From Rubripirellula sp. (lineage in GTDB: Bacteria > Planctomycetota > Planctomycetia > Pirellulales > Pirellulaceae): a DNA stretch of 64,000 nucleotides. Shown here in pieces: positions 22,058-32,278 of the stretch (its first letter is position 1; each line of letters begins with the position of its first letter). Location: NCBI GenBank assembly GCA_965216875.1, contig OZ244207.1, forward strand, positions 6,368,001-6,432,000, in the 5' to 3' direction. The position numbers were made by a program, and so were the translations under genes. The notes under the pieces were generated by a model, which saw only the letters and a list, made by a program, of their open reading frames with translations, made no database searches and was not told where the DNA came from.

Positions 22058-22462
22058 ATTCTCTTCTCTTTACCCAGGTCGGTTCCGAATTCGGCAGGAG
22101 CGCGGGTTCTGTCAAATTGGCGAATCTGTCTCAGTGTGGTTCTCTATGCAAACCGTACGCCACTCCATACCAACACGAGTACCAGTTATGTGCCGTGCAG
22201 AACAAGCGGGCGCATTCCTGGCCGATTGGTAGGTCCCCTCCTGATTCTACCGGTTAGGCGAAAATGTCGGGATAGGAGCTTTGGGGTCGACAGTGCGAAA
22301 ATCACGACGGATTGTTCCGGCGATTCGCTTTTTCTTGACAAAAGTGTGACCAGTTTTTTTTGCTGTGGGTTCCACCCCCAACACGCGGGAAGCCCGCAGG
22401 AATCCGCATTTCTGCTTCTGTTCTTTTTTTTCTGTTCCACGTCAACGCCTTTTCACATTCAT

Positions 22463-23119
22463 TCAGGCTGCCATACGTGGCGGTTCTGTCAGATCGGCAG
22501 CATCGTTTGGCGGTTCACTTTCAGCCTCTGCCGTCTCGTCTGACTTGACTTCCGAAGTGTCCACTTCGTCGTCTGCTTGTTCTTCTTCGTCCAAAGCGGC
22601 CATGGCCCGGTCCAGACGCTTCGATTCCGCTTCCACTTCAAGCCACCACCGATCGGCAACCTCAAGCTTGCGGATCTCGTCCAATAACGCTTGTGCCGAC
22701 TCGAGACGATCTTGATGGCGGTAAACGGATGTCAACAACAAGAGTGCCGGTGGATCGCGTGGTTCAATTGCTAGCACTTCGTTGAGGTAGTCTTCTGCCG
22801 CTTCCCACTCGCCTCGCAGGAAGGCGGCATGGGCCTCCGGAAAAACGTCTGGTTCATCACAGACGGCTCGCGGAGTGATCAATTCGGGTAGTTCGCGGAC
22901 GCTGCGATAAACGAACATGCCCCAGATCACCAATCCAACCCAAAAGGCAAGCGTCACGAGTCCGCCCGAAAGCCACTCTGGGTAACGGTAGCGTACGATC
23001 AACATCATGTTGAGCGCAAGGGCGAACGCGACCGCTGTCGGAATCGACGACAAGCGACCTCGCCACCAAAGTTCGGGAAGGCCTGGCCAAAGGCAGGTCA
23101 GGTAGTAACTCGCACCCAT
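22463..23119 (-). CDS. Membrane protein with TPR-like domain and acidic tail
   Basis: CLWPGL N-terminus, two to three TM segments, A..AFLRGEWEAAE.YL..VL..EP.D..A TPR-like helices. Confidence 0.7.
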   Translation of the reverse strand: MGASYYLTCLWPGLPELWWRGRLSSIPTAVAFALALNMMLIVRYRYPEWLSGGLVTLAFWVGLVIWGMFVYRSVRELPELITPRAVCDEPDVFPEAHAAFLRGEWEAAEDYLNEVLAIEPRDPPALLLLTSVYRHQDRLESAQALLDEIRKLEVADRWWLEVEAESKRLDRAMAALDEEEQADDEVDTSEVKSDETAEAESEPPNDAADLTEPPRMAA

Positions 23120-23209
23120 GGAATGGTTCTTACGCCGAGAACCGGCCAAGAATCAAGGCTGTTGCGTGAAACACGATCTGAATGGGGGAACGCGCGCGGG
23201 TGAGGAAGA

Positions 23210-23284
23210 GAGGAACCACGAATGGCACGAATCACACGGAATAAGAGGAGGAACCACGGATAGCACAGATCACACGGATAAGAG
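23210..23284. repeat. Two tandem ~38-bp units, each built of three ~9-bp CACRRAT-like subrepeats
   Basis: GAGGAACCACGAATGGCACGAATCACACGGAATAAGAG followed by GAGGAACCACGGATAGCACAGATCACACGGATAAGAG. Confidence 0.8.
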
Positions 23285-23308
23285 AGTGAATCAAGAACGC
23301 GCCAAGAA

Positions 23309-24748
23309 TTACGCCAGACCTAACTCCCAAACACTTCGATAGGCGCCAGCGTTTTCGAAATAGTCCAACATCGAACCGTAGAAACGATGGCTGCCAAGGG
23401 TGGCGCTATCACCGAGAACGATGAGCTTTCGTCGCGCCCGCGTCAGCGCTACGTTGGTCCGGCGAGTATCCGAGAGAAAGCCGATTTCGCCCGATTCGTT
23501 GCTGCGGACCATCGTTAGCAGCACGACTTCTTTTTCACGTCCTTGGAATCCGTCGACGGTATCAATTTCGAGGTTGGGGTCGTCCAGTCGGTTTCGCAAC
23601 AAACGAACCTGAGCAGCGTAGGGCGCGATGATCGCGATTTGATTCGTAGCAACCCCCGACTCAATCAATTCACGAACTAAGTGAACGATGACGTTCGCCT
23701 CTTTCGGGTTCAGTTTGCTTTCGCCGTCCGGTTCGATCTCTTCAGTGAACTCGGCGCCTGCAGTGTCGATAAACTCAATCGGCGATTCGGTCGAATCGGA
23801 CGCGGCGACATCTGGCAAATCACAAAGCCGATGTGATTTGACCGACGCATCAGCAACCAGTGAGCCATCGTAGAACGACTGCGATGAGAAGTTCATGATC
23901 GATTCATGCATTCGATACTGAACGGTCAAGCGACGATAAACACTCTCCCCTTCCCTTTCGATCAAACGCTCCATCAATGATCGTTTCATTCCTTGCCGGG
24001 CCGCTTCGTCACTCAGCACGGTGGGCGGCAGTTGGCAATGGTCGCCCGCCAGGATCAATCGATCGGCTCGCAAAGCGGCTTGCCAGATTCCCTGCTCGGT
24101 CGATTGGCAACATTCGTCGATAACGATGGTGTCAAAGGTTCGATCGGCCAACAGGTCATCGTCGATGGTCGTGGTCGTACAAACCACATCGGCTGAATCG
24201 AGCACGGCGCGAATGACGGAGCGTTCAAAGGTTCGGATTTGTCCGCGTAGTTGACCCGCTTCGGCAAACAGTTCGCGTCGTCGACGATAGCCGTCGCGGC
24301 CACGAAAGTCTTTCGACGCTGCTCGCATCAGTTGTTCGACTTCGCGGCGCATGTCACGAATCACGTCGGTCGACGGATCGTTGTCGACGCGTTCATCAAG
24401 CGTGTGGCCGCGCAAGGCTTCGAACACGCGTGCAGGGTGTCCGACGCGGATGACATCGGCGAGCATCGACACAAGTTTTTCGAGCAAGTTGTCGACGCCC
24501 GTGTTGCTTGGCGCGCAGGCCAATACGCGGTCGCCTCGTTTGACCGCTTGGTAGATCACTTCAGCAAGAACGATCGTTTCGCCCGTTTTTTCGACATCCG
24601 CCTGAGCACGCATTTGGCGGCGACGGGCCATCCGCATCCGCTCCGCTTCACTCTCCAGTTCCAACCAACGCTCTAAAACGTCAAAGTACTGGTCACTGCT
24701 CGCCAAGTCGTCGAGGTTGATCCGTTCCGGTTGATTGGGTCGCGGCAT
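23309..24748 (-). CDS. SF1 Upf1/IGHMBP2-like helicase, internally deleted (no Walker A); possible pseudogene
   Basis: Motif Ia ACAPSNTGVDNL, II IDECCQ, III GDHCQLPP, QYRM, V TVDGFQGREKE and VI RRTNVALTRARR are present; GPPGTGKT is absent. Confidence 0.85.
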   Translation of the reverse strand: MPRPNQPERINLDDLASSDQYFDVLERWLELESEAERMRMARRRQMRAQADVEKTGETIVLAEVIYQAVKRGDRVLACAPSNTGVDNLLEKLVSMLADVIRVGHPARVFEALRGHTLDERVDNDPSTDVIRDMRREVEQLMRAASKDFRGRDGYRRRRELFAEAGQLRGQIRTFERSVIRAVLDSADVVCTTTTIDDDLLADRTFDTIVIDECCQSTEQGIWQAALRADRLILAGDHCQLPPTVLSDEAARQGMKRSLMERLIEREGESVYRRLTVQYRMHESIMNFSSQSFYDGSLVADASVKSHRLCDLPDVAASDSTESPIEFIDTAGAEFTEEIEPDGESKLNPKEANVIVHLVRELIESGVATNQIAIIAPYAAQVRLLRNRLDDPNLEIDTVDGFQGREKEVVLLTMVRSNESGEIGFLSDTRRTNVALTRARRKLIVLGDSATLGSHRFYGSMLDYFENAGAYRSVWELGLA

Positions 24749-24777
24749 GTAGGGGGCTTCAGAAGAGCTTTGTCAGG

Positions 24778-25062
24778 TTGGAAACTGTGTTGATCGCGAT
24801 TTTTGTTTGGATGTTGGTTTGCAGCGTGATGACTGCGGGAATGTACCTGTGGGACAAGCGAGCCGCAATCAAAGACAAGCCTCGCGTTGCCGAGAAAACT
24901 CTACTGGTTTGGTCACTGCTCGGTGGCTGGCCCGGTGCGTTGATCGCGGGGAAGAAGATCCGCCACAAGACAATCAAGGGCTCTTACCGCATCAAGTTTG
25001 TCGCAGCCAGTTTGCTGAATATCGCGGTCGTCTCTCTGGTACTTTGGTTCCGCTATGGCTGA
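24778..25062 (+). CDS. DUF1294-like small membrane protein
   Basis: WDKRAA....RVAEKTL....LGGWPGA......RHKT.K pattern; start codon uncertain. Confidence 0.85.
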   Translation: METVLIAIFVWMLVCSVMTAGMYLWDKRAAIKDKPRVAEKTLLVWSLLGGWPGALIAGKKIRHKTIKGSYRIKFVAASLLNIAVVSLVLWFRYG

Positions 25063-25486
25063 GTTTATTGAAATCCAATGGCGGTCCGACCGCTATGAAG
25101 AAGAAGTCGCCCTGCGGGATCGTTTGCTGCGCAGTCCACTCGGTTTGGTTTTTGATCAAGACGATCTGGCCGCCGAAAAGGATCACCTGCATTTTGGATT
25201 GTTGGAAAACGACATCCTCATCGCCTGCCTGGTCATCACGCCAATGTCGCCAAGCCACGGCAAGATTCGTCAGATGTGTGTCGACGAGGCTCGGCAACGA
25301 TCGGGATTGGGAGCGATGTTGGTGAGTGCCGTCGAACGCGAGCTTGTCGAGCGGGGATTCAAGTCGGTCGAGCTCGCTGCACGCGACATCGCCACTGGCT
25401 TCTACGAAAGACTCGGCTACACCGTCGATGGCGAACCCTTTATCGAAGTGACGATTCCACACTACAAGATGATCAAGCGACTGTAG
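25055..25486 (+). CDS. GNAT family N-acetyltransferase
   Basis: LR..LLR.PLG, KIRQMCV....QRSGLG acetyl-CoA motif, FYERLGY, PHYKM; overlaps the upstream gene by 8 nt. Confidence 0.92.
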   Translation: MAEFIEIQWRSDRYEEEVALRDRLLRSPLGLVFDQDDLAAEKDHLHFGLLENDILIACLVITPMSPSHGKIRQMCVDEARQRSGLGAMLVSAVERELVERGFKSVELAARDIATGFYERLGYTVDGEPFIEVTIPHYKMIKRL

Positions 25487-25491
25487 GCAGG

Positions 25492-25596
25492 AATCACCCT
25501 CCCGTTTGCGGGAGGGTCGGGCGCTAAGGCCCGGGGAGGGAATCATCCATATAAACCCTCTCCGGGCCTTAGAGCCCGACTCTCCCAAGGGAGAGT
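25492..25596. repeat. Palindromic intergenic repeat, family A, copy 2 (inverted relative to 2100-2210)
   Basis: AATCACCCTCCCGTTTGCGGGAGGGTCGG...CCGACTCTCCCAAGGGAGAGT, lying between convergent genes. Confidence 0.9.
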
Positions 25597-25656
25597 TTTT
25601 TGCGAACCATGGTGGCACCAAGATTGCAATCCGCAGCAAGAGTGCCAATCCGACCA

Positions 25657-28600
25657 CTACTTCCCCAACAACTTTTCGCATCGTTTGGGCGACACCTTCA
25701 CGGATGTTCCGAGCGGTTGCGCAAAGAGACTGACTCGCAATTCTTCGGCCATCCAGCGAAACTCGGTTGTCGCTTGGTAGCCAGGCGTCCTCTGATCTTG
25801 GGGAAGCGATTCGATCCAGCGATCCCAAAGTGACGTGACCGTTTCAGCAAGTTCCGCATCGCGCGTTGCCGAACTGCGTATCTTGTCGATTCGATACGCG
25901 ATCGCTTGAAAGTATCGCGGGTAATGCTTGAGCCATTGCCACGGCGTGACCGACAGGAATTGATCGGCTAGCAGCCATTGCAGTTGGAATTGAATGTCCT
26001 TGGAAGCCTCGGCGAACCGGTCGCTTTGCATCGATTCGATTTCTTTTCGGGCTGCAAAGTAACTTTCGGAGAGCCCGGTTAACCACGTGGCAACTTCTTG
26101 AGCCGCCTGGGCAATGCGAGTCCCACGGTTGCCGCGTCGCGCGTCAAACTCGACTTGAGTTCGAATCGGTTGGGCACCTTCAACGAAGGCGATGCGCGCC
26201 AGAAGGTCAACCAGCGATGACTCCATGTTGCTGGCCGAGATCGCGCCGCCCAGTTTGATCTTTGCCTGTTCGAGGGACGGCAGCCATCGGACTTGGCTGC
26301 GCAGTTCTTTTCGTTCCGCGAGTGCGTAAAGCCGCATTGCGCCGACGCGAAGCGATGCGTCGGCAGTCGTTTGATCGGCAAAGATTGTCGTTCCAGCGGC
26401 GTCGCCGAGGTCGACCAAGCCCGGATACTGTGCGACTTGCACGCCACCGCGCGATTGGATCACTTCTTTGGGAAGCGACTCGATTTCGAATGTTGTCATG
26501 CGGTCGCGAGCCCAATCGGCATTGTCGCTGGGCGCTGTGGCGGAATCTTGCGGTTTGGCGGAACCGACCTTTGCGCGAAGTGGTTCAACGCTGCGACCTT
26601 CAGCCACTTTTTTGCCATCGTCATTGACAACGGTCACCAGGAATTCGTGGTGATGATCCAGCTTGTCGGATTGAAAGTCGGCTGGTGTGACCGGCATTTC
26701 GGCGTGCCGAGTCATCGCGGCACAGGCGGCTTGCATGAAGGGGACGTTTCCATAGTCGGATTCGAGTTCGGATGCGATTCGAGTGGCCACGTCCGCGGCG
26801 GGAACCAGGTTGCGACGAATCCGCTTGGGAAGTGATTTGATCATGCCAACAAGCTTGGCGTGCAACAGCCCAGGGACGAGCCAACCGAGTCGATCGTCGC
26901 TCACCTGTGACAACGCTGCCTCGTGAATCTTGACATTCACGCCATCGTTTTCGGCGCCCGGTTCGAAGCGATACTTCAATGGCAATCGTGTGCTTCCCAC
27001 GACCAATTCGTCCGGGAAATCCTCTTGCGCGATCACATCACTTGTGACATCAAGCAAGTCTTCGGGACGCATGTAAGGGGTCGCGTCGCCGGAGCTCTCA
27101 GGTGGCGACGCCAGCCAAGCGGAAACATCGGCTGCGTTACGCAATTGGCGCGTCCAGTCGGGGGCGTCGATCGACCGGTCAAACTTTTCGAGTCGGCCGC
27201 GATCAAATACTTCTTGAGGCAAGCGCGATTGATAAAAACGTGAAACGATGTACGAATCAATGACAAGATCGCGTCGACGCGTCTTCGCAGCCAGCGACGC
27301 AATCGATTCGGCGAGTTGGCGGTTGTGCCGCACGAACTTGGCGTTGGTGCGCAGACCATCTTCGGCAAGCCCCGAGTCGATCAGCAGGTCGCGCGCGGTG
27401 GTCGGATCGATGGGAGCAAGCGGAACGCGCCGTCGCGCGACAACCGGCAGCCCAAAGAGTGATTGCCGCAAGTAGCAAAACGCACCGCTCGATTTGGTGC
27501 TCCAATGCGGGTCGCTGTGTGACGATTTCAAAAGGTGTGCACCAACCGCTTCGACCCACTGCGGTTGGACCATCGCAACCGTTCGTGCGTATTGCTTGGC
27601 GGTCTCGACAAGTTCCGCGGCGACGATCCATTTGGGCTTTGTGGCAAAGACACCGCTGCCAGGCCAAAGGAAGAGTTTCAGTCCGCCCGCGCCGGTGTAT
27701 TCGTTCTTATCGCCAGCCATTGCGACACCCGAGAGCAACCCGGCGAGCAGAGCTTGGTGAATCGAAGCGTACCGGTCGTCGTCGACAAGCTTGTCGGGAT
27801 CTTCGACAAAGCGAGGCTTGCCGATCTTGGTGCGTTTCTTTTTGTCGCCGACCGTCATCGCCATTTCACGGAGTTGCCGATAAATGTCGGACCACTCGCG
27901 CATCCGCGTTGGCGAGAGGAACTGCTTCCTTAACACTCGCGTCAATTTGTTGCGGCTATGTTCACTTCGAGCCGATTCGTAGTATCGCCAAAGCCGCAGA
28001 TAGGAAAGGAAATCGCTGCGTGGATCCGCGAAGGGTGCGTGCGCGGTATCGGCGGCCTGTTGCTTCTCGGGTGGACGATCGCGCGGGTCAGGGATCTCGA
28101 GTGCCGCGGCGATGGGCAACACTTCGGCAAGGACGCCATGGTCGGCTGCCGCCAAGATGATGCGGCCAACGCGTGGATCGACCGGCATTCGACCGAGCTT
28201 CCAACCAATGTCGGTCAACTCGCGATCGTCATCGAGAGCACCAAGTTCGGTCAGTGTGCGAATGCCTTCGCGAATCGTTTCCGGTCGCGGTGGGTCGAGC
28301 AGCGGGAATTCTTCTAGCCGACCAAGCTTGAGTGTTTTGGTTTGCAGGACGACCGACGCGAGGTTGGTACGCCGAATCTCGGGAGTCGTGTAGGCGTCGC
28401 GCGTCTGGTAATCCTCGTCACTGTAAAGGCGCACGCAGACGCCTGGTCCAACGCGACCGCAACGGCCCGCACGCTGGTCGGCGCTGGCGCGGCTTACCGG
28501 TTCGATGGGCAACCGTTGCAGTTTGCTGCGTGGACTGTAGCGACTGATGCGCGCCATTCCCGCGTCAATCACGTAACGAATGCCGGGGACAGTCAGCGAG

Positions 28601-29754
28601 CTTTCGGCGACATTGGTTGCAAAGATGATCCGACGAACCTTGCCGGTCGGTTGAAAGATGCGTTGTTGTTCGGCTTGTGGGAGTCGTGCGTAGAGCGGAA
28701 GGAGGTCGACCCGGTTTTCGATGCCGAGGCGTTTGAAGTGGCCACGAACTCGGTGCGAGACATCGCGAATGTCGCGTTCAGTTGGCAAGAAGACAAGCGC
28801 ATCGCCCTCGCCGCTGCGTGTGATTGAGTCGATGCCTGCGATGACGTGGCGGGCGAGGTCGTAGCCCCGCATGCCATCATCGACAACTTCTTCCCAGGGC
28901 AGATAACGAATCTCGACCGGGTAACCGCGGCCTTCGACGTTGACGATTGGGGCCGGGCCCGACTCGTCAGAAAAATGTTCGGCGAAGCGTTCGGCGTCGA
29001 TCGTCGCCGAGGTGATGATGATCTTGAGTTCGGGCCGTTTCGCTTGAAGACGTCGAAGGTAGCCAAGCAGAAAGTCGATGTTCAACGATCGCTCGTGAGC
29101 TTCGTCAATGATGATCGCATCGTAGGCATCGAGAAAGCGATCCGATTGGGTTTCGGCAAGCAGGATGCCGTCGGTCATTAACTTGATCAGCGTCTCGGGA
29201 CTGGTTTGGTCACCGAATCGAACTTGATAGCCGACCCATTTTCCCAGCGGCGTGCCGAGTTCGTCGGAGAGTCTCGAGGCAATGCTGCGGGCGGCGAGGC
29301 GGCGTGGTTGGGTGTGGCCGATCATTGCCTCGCGACCGAGTCCCGCTTCGAGGCAAAGTTTCGGCAGCTGCGTGCTCTTACCACTTCCTGTTTCGCCGCA
29401 AACGACGATGACTTGGTTTTCCCGGATAAGTTTGACCAGCTCGTCGCGATGTTCCGAGATCGGCAACTCGGCCGCGTATTCGATTTTCGGCGTGGCCGCT
29501 TTGCGCTTTTCAAGTTGTTCGATCGAACGTTGCAGCCGCTCTTGATAGACCTCGGGTTTGAGCCGTTTCTTGGCCCGCCGCAATCGGTAGCGATCGATCC
29601 GCATGGCATCAGAAAGCGAACCGGGTTGCTCGATCGGATCGGGCGCTTGCTCCGACGCGAGCGTTTGCTCCGACTCGGCGCGAGCTTGTTCCGTGGCTGC
29701 GGGCTCGCGCGCGAGTTGGGTATCGAGTCGGGGGCTAGAGGGTTTTGCGTTCAT
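25657..29754 (-). CDS. hrpA: ATP-dependent RNA helicase HrpA
   Basis: GETGSGKSTQLPK, HTQPRRLAA, DEAHERSLNIDF, TSAT, QRAGRCGR; HrpA C-terminal RWMAEELRVSLFAQ.LGT. Confidence 0.96.
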   Translation of the reverse strand: MNAKPSSPRLDTQLAREPAATEQARAESEQTLASEQAPDPIEQPGSLSDAMRIDRYRLRRAKKRLKPEVYQERLQRSIEQLEKRKAATPKIEYAAELPISEHRDELVKLIRENQVIVVCGETGSGKSTQLPKLCLEAGLGREAMIGHTQPRRLAARSIASRLSDELGTPLGKWVGYQVRFGDQTSPETLIKLMTDGILLAETQSDRFLDAYDAIIIDEAHERSLNIDFLLGYLRRLQAKRPELKIIITSATIDAERFAEHFSDESGPAPIVNVEGRGYPVEIRYLPWEEVVDDGMRGYDLARHVIAGIDSITRSGEGDALVFLPTERDIRDVSHRVRGHFKRLGIENRVDLLPLYARLPQAEQQRIFQPTGKVRRIIFATNVAESSLTVPGIRYVIDAGMARISRYSPRSKLQRLPIEPVSRASADQRAGRCGRVGPGVCVRLYSDEDYQTRDAYTTPEIRRTNLASVVLQTKTLKLGRLEEFPLLDPPRPETIREGIRTLTELGALDDDRELTDIGWKLGRMPVDPRVGRIILAAADHGVLAEVLPIAAALEIPDPRDRPPEKQQAADTAHAPFADPRSDFLSYLRLWRYYESARSEHSRNKLTRVLRKQFLSPTRMREWSDIYRQLREMAMTVGDKKKRTKIGKPRFVEDPDKLVDDDRYASIHQALLAGLLSGVAMAGDKNEYTGAGGLKLFLWPGSGVFATKPKWIVAAELVETAKQYARTVAMVQPQWVEAVGAHLLKSSHSDPHWSTKSSGAFCYLRQSLFGLPVVARRRVPLAPIDPTTARDLLIDSGLAEDGLRTNAKFVRHNRQLAESIASLAAKTRRRDLVIDSYIVSRFYQSRLPQEVFDRGRLEKFDRSIDAPDWTRQLRNAADVSAWLASPPESSGDATPYMRPEDLLDVTSDVIAQEDFPDELVVGSTRLPLKYRFEPGAENDGVNVKIHEAALSQVSDDRLGWLVPGLLHAKLVGMIKSLPKRIRRNLVPAADVATRIASELESDYGNVPFMQAACAAMTRHAEMPVTPADFQSDKLDHHHEFLVTVVNDDGKKVAEGRSVEPLRAKVGSAKPQDSATAPSDNADWARDRMTTFEIESLPKEVIQSRGGVQVAQYPGLVDLGDAAGTTIFADQTTADASLRVGAMRLYALAERKELRSQVRWLPSLEQAKIKLGGAISASNMESSLVDLLARIAFVEGAQPIRTQVEFDARRGNRGTRIAQAAQEVATWLTGLSESYFAARKEIESMQSDRFAEASKDIQFQLQWLLADQFLSVTPWQWLKHYPRYFQAIAYRIDKIRSSATRDAELAETVTSLWDRWIESLPQDQRTPGYQATTEFRWMAEELRVSLFAQPLGTSVKVSPKRCEKLLGK

Positions 29755-29799
29755 GGTAGTTTGGCGACGTTTATGGGACCTCGACGTCGCTCACATTAT

Positions 29800-31596
29800 T
29801 CACAGTGGCCAAACTTCGGGAATCACCACCATGGCGACCGCAAACACAATGGCGTTGAGCGGCAAGCCAAATCGAACGTAGTCGGACATGTGATAACCAC
29901 CGACACCGTAGACCATCATGTTGGTTTGGTAGCCAAAGGGCGTTAGAAAACTCGCGGATGCCGCGATCATGACCGCGATCACAAACGGAGTTTCTTCGGC
30001 TCCCACCTTGCCTGCGGTTTGCATCGCGATCGAGAACATCAGCACTGCAGCGGCGTTGTTTGTAATCAATTCGGTGCAAATCACGGTGGCCAGGTAGACC
30101 GCCGCCAGAGAGAGACGCGGGTCACCACCAGCAAGGTTCAGTAGTCCGCTTGCGATTGACGATGCAGCACCACTCTTGTCGAGCGCCGCGCCGATTCCCA
30201 ACGCCGCTCCGATCACGATCAACACCGACCAATCGATGCTGCGGCGCGCTTCGGAGGTCGTGCAGCAGCGAAACCCGATCATGGCCAACGCGGCAATCAA
30301 GGCTGCTGTCACGATCGCGACCACTTTAAAGGCGGCTGCAATCACCATCGCGGCCATGACGATGATGGCTGTCCAAGCCAGTTCGCTGCGGCGGACCGTT
30401 CCCTTTTCAACCGCCGAGACCAAAAAGAAGTCGCGTGATTCACGCCGGCGGTGCATGAACGATGGCGACGCTTCAAGCAGCAGGACGTCGCCTGTTTCCA
30501 AACGCACGTCACCGAGCTTTCCGGTCAGTCGACGGCCGCCCCGTGCAACCGCAACAACCGCAGCGTTGTAGTGCGAACGGAACCTGCCTTCGCGGATCGT
30601 TTTGCCAAGCAGTGCACAGCGTGAGCTAACGACCGCTTCGACCAAAGTGCGCCGCCAAGCTGGGACCTTGAGTTTACGCGCTTGGTCGTCTGGAACGTTG
30701 AGCCCGCGGATCTTGCGCAGGTCGACAACACTGTCGAGTGCGCCGACAAGAATCAAAACATCACTCGCTCGAAGACGCTCATTGGGTTTTGCGGCGGCGA
30801 TCACGCCGTCTTCGCGTTGGACCTCGGCGACGTAGAGTCCGGGTAGGTGTCGAAGTCCTGCGTCTTCAATCGTTTGTCCGACGAGGGGGCCGTGTGGATC
30901 GACTTCCATTTCGACGGTGTACTGTCGTGGGTCGTCCGAAACGCTCACCGCCGGTCGCCGGTCGGGAATGAGTTTGCGTGAGGCGACGACGATGTAGATC
31001 AATCCGAGGATCGTTGCCGGAACGCCGACGGCTGCGGGGGCAAAAAAGCCAAGCGATGGCAGCTTGGGATTTCGCATCGTGTACAGATCACTAACGATCA
31101 GATTGGTACTCGTTCCCATCACCGTGCACATCCCGCCAAGAATCGCGGCATAGGACAACGGCAAAAGCAGCTTGCTGGTGCTGGCCGAAATCCGTTTGGC
31201 AAGATCACCAACAACTGGCAACAGCGCGGCGACAACCGGCGTGTTGTTTAGAAAACCACTCAGGATTGAAACGGGGACAAGCAGCCGAACCTGGGCATCG
31301 GTCAGTCCCTTCGCTTTGCGCAGCAGCCAACCCGTGGCAAGTTCGGTCCCGCCCGTGAACTCCAAGCCGGCGACAACGGCAAACAACAAGCCAACGGTGA
31401 TCAGACCCTTGTTGCCGAAACCGGCGACCGCTTCTTCGGGCGTTGGCAGCCCGGTCGACTGGGTCACGTTCTGGGCGAGCATGAGCACGGCCAGGCACGC
31501 AAGCGCGAGCACTTCGGTCGCTGCGATTCGCAGCGCCAGAGAGATCAGTAGCGTGCCGGCGACCCCGATGGCCAACCATGCTTCCCAAGTCATCAA
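29800..31596 (-). CDS. SLC13/DASS-type anion transporter with two TrkA-C domains
   Basis: SGFLNNTPVVA, LGGMCTVMGTSTN, central soluble TrkA-C-like pair, TELITNNAAA, TPFGYQTNMMV. Confidence 0.92.
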   Translation of the reverse strand: MMTWEAWLAIGVAGTLLISLALRIAATEVLALACLAVLMLAQNVTQSTGLPTPEEAVAGFGNKGLITVGLLFAVVAGLEFTGGTELATGWLLRKAKGLTDAQVRLLVPVSILSGFLNNTPVVAALLPVVGDLAKRISASTSKLLLPLSYAAILGGMCTVMGTSTNLIVSDLYTMRNPKLPSLGFFAPAAVGVPATILGLIYIVVASRKLIPDRRPAVSVSDDPRQYTVEMEVDPHGPLVGQTIEDAGLRHLPGLYVAEVQREDGVIAAAKPNERLRASDVLILVGALDSVVDLRKIRGLNVPDDQARKLKVPAWRRTLVEAVVSSRCALLGKTIREGRFRSHYNAAVVAVARGGRRLTGKLGDVRLETGDVLLLEASPSFMHRRRESRDFFLVSAVEKGTVRRSELAWTAIIVMAAMVIAAAFKVVAIVTAALIAALAMIGFRCCTTSEARRSIDWSVLIVIGAALGIGAALDKSGAASSIASGLLNLAGGDPRLSLAAVYLATVICTELITNNAAAVLMFSIAMQTAGKVGAEETPFVIAVMIAASASFLTPFGYQTNMMVYGVGGYHMSDYVRFGLPLNAIVFAVAMVVIPEVWPL

Positions 31597-32008
31597 ATCA
31601 TTCGCAAAGGGATCGGTTCGGAATGTTCCGCGTTACCCAACATTCAAGTCAGCCCGGTCGATTCATCAAGTGCCCTTCCAATGAATCACTGTTGGGGCAG
31701 ATTCACCAAGATGATCGTCGGATGACAAAGAAAACACCACACGGGTTCTCGAGCAGTCTGGCCGGTCGCGTCCGATGAAATCCCGCGAAATGTAGGGGGA
31801 TTCGAGCCCAATCGGTCTCGGCGGGGTTGGACCGGGCCTGTACTGGGAAATCGGCAGATCGGCTCGCGCGACACACCGGAACCGGTGATTTCGTCGAAAT
31901 CGCGACTCAATTACACTGCTTCGGACCCAAATCATGCCCAAAACGGTTCGCGCTTTCCGACCGATTTCGGACGTGCCGCCTTCCTTTCCTCCTCCGGCTC
32001 TTGTCGCA

Positions 32009-32278
32009 ATGTCGACCACGAATCCCACACCAAAAAGTGCTCGAGGGCCGATGATCATCATCGGCCTCGTCCTCCTGCTGCTGATTCTGCACCAAGACAA
32101 TTGGTTTTGGACGGACGGCCGACTGGTCTTCGGCTTCCTGCCGATTGGGCTCTTTTGGCACGTTTTGATTTCGATCGGCGCGGCATTGACTTGGGCACTG
32201 GCCACCAAGATCGCTTGGCCCGTTTCGGAGACCGATGCCGCTGATGGGGCGACCGATTCGGAAGGAGGCCAATCATGA
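32009..32278 (+). CDS. Small membrane partner of the SSS transporter (DUF3311-like)
   Basis: Two TM segments, LHQDNWFW....LVFGFLP.GL.WH; ATGA overlap with the downstream symporter. Confidence 0.8.
   Translation: MSTTNPTPKSARGPMIIIGLVLLLLILHQDNWFWTDGRLVFGFLPIGLFWHVLISIGAALTWALATKIAWPVSETDAADGATDSEGGQS

Noticed and set aside
22058..22462. CtsR or CIRCE heat-shock operator, sRNA or small ORF upstream of clpC
   Set aside because: No CtsR heptad repeats or CIRCE seen. The TTGACA at 22335 is on the wrong strand and lacks a -10 element. The 84-aa ORF has no coding support.
31597..32008. Riboswitch upstream of the SSS transporter pair
   Set aside because: I could not recognise any riboswitch consensus by eye; an Rfam scan would be needed.
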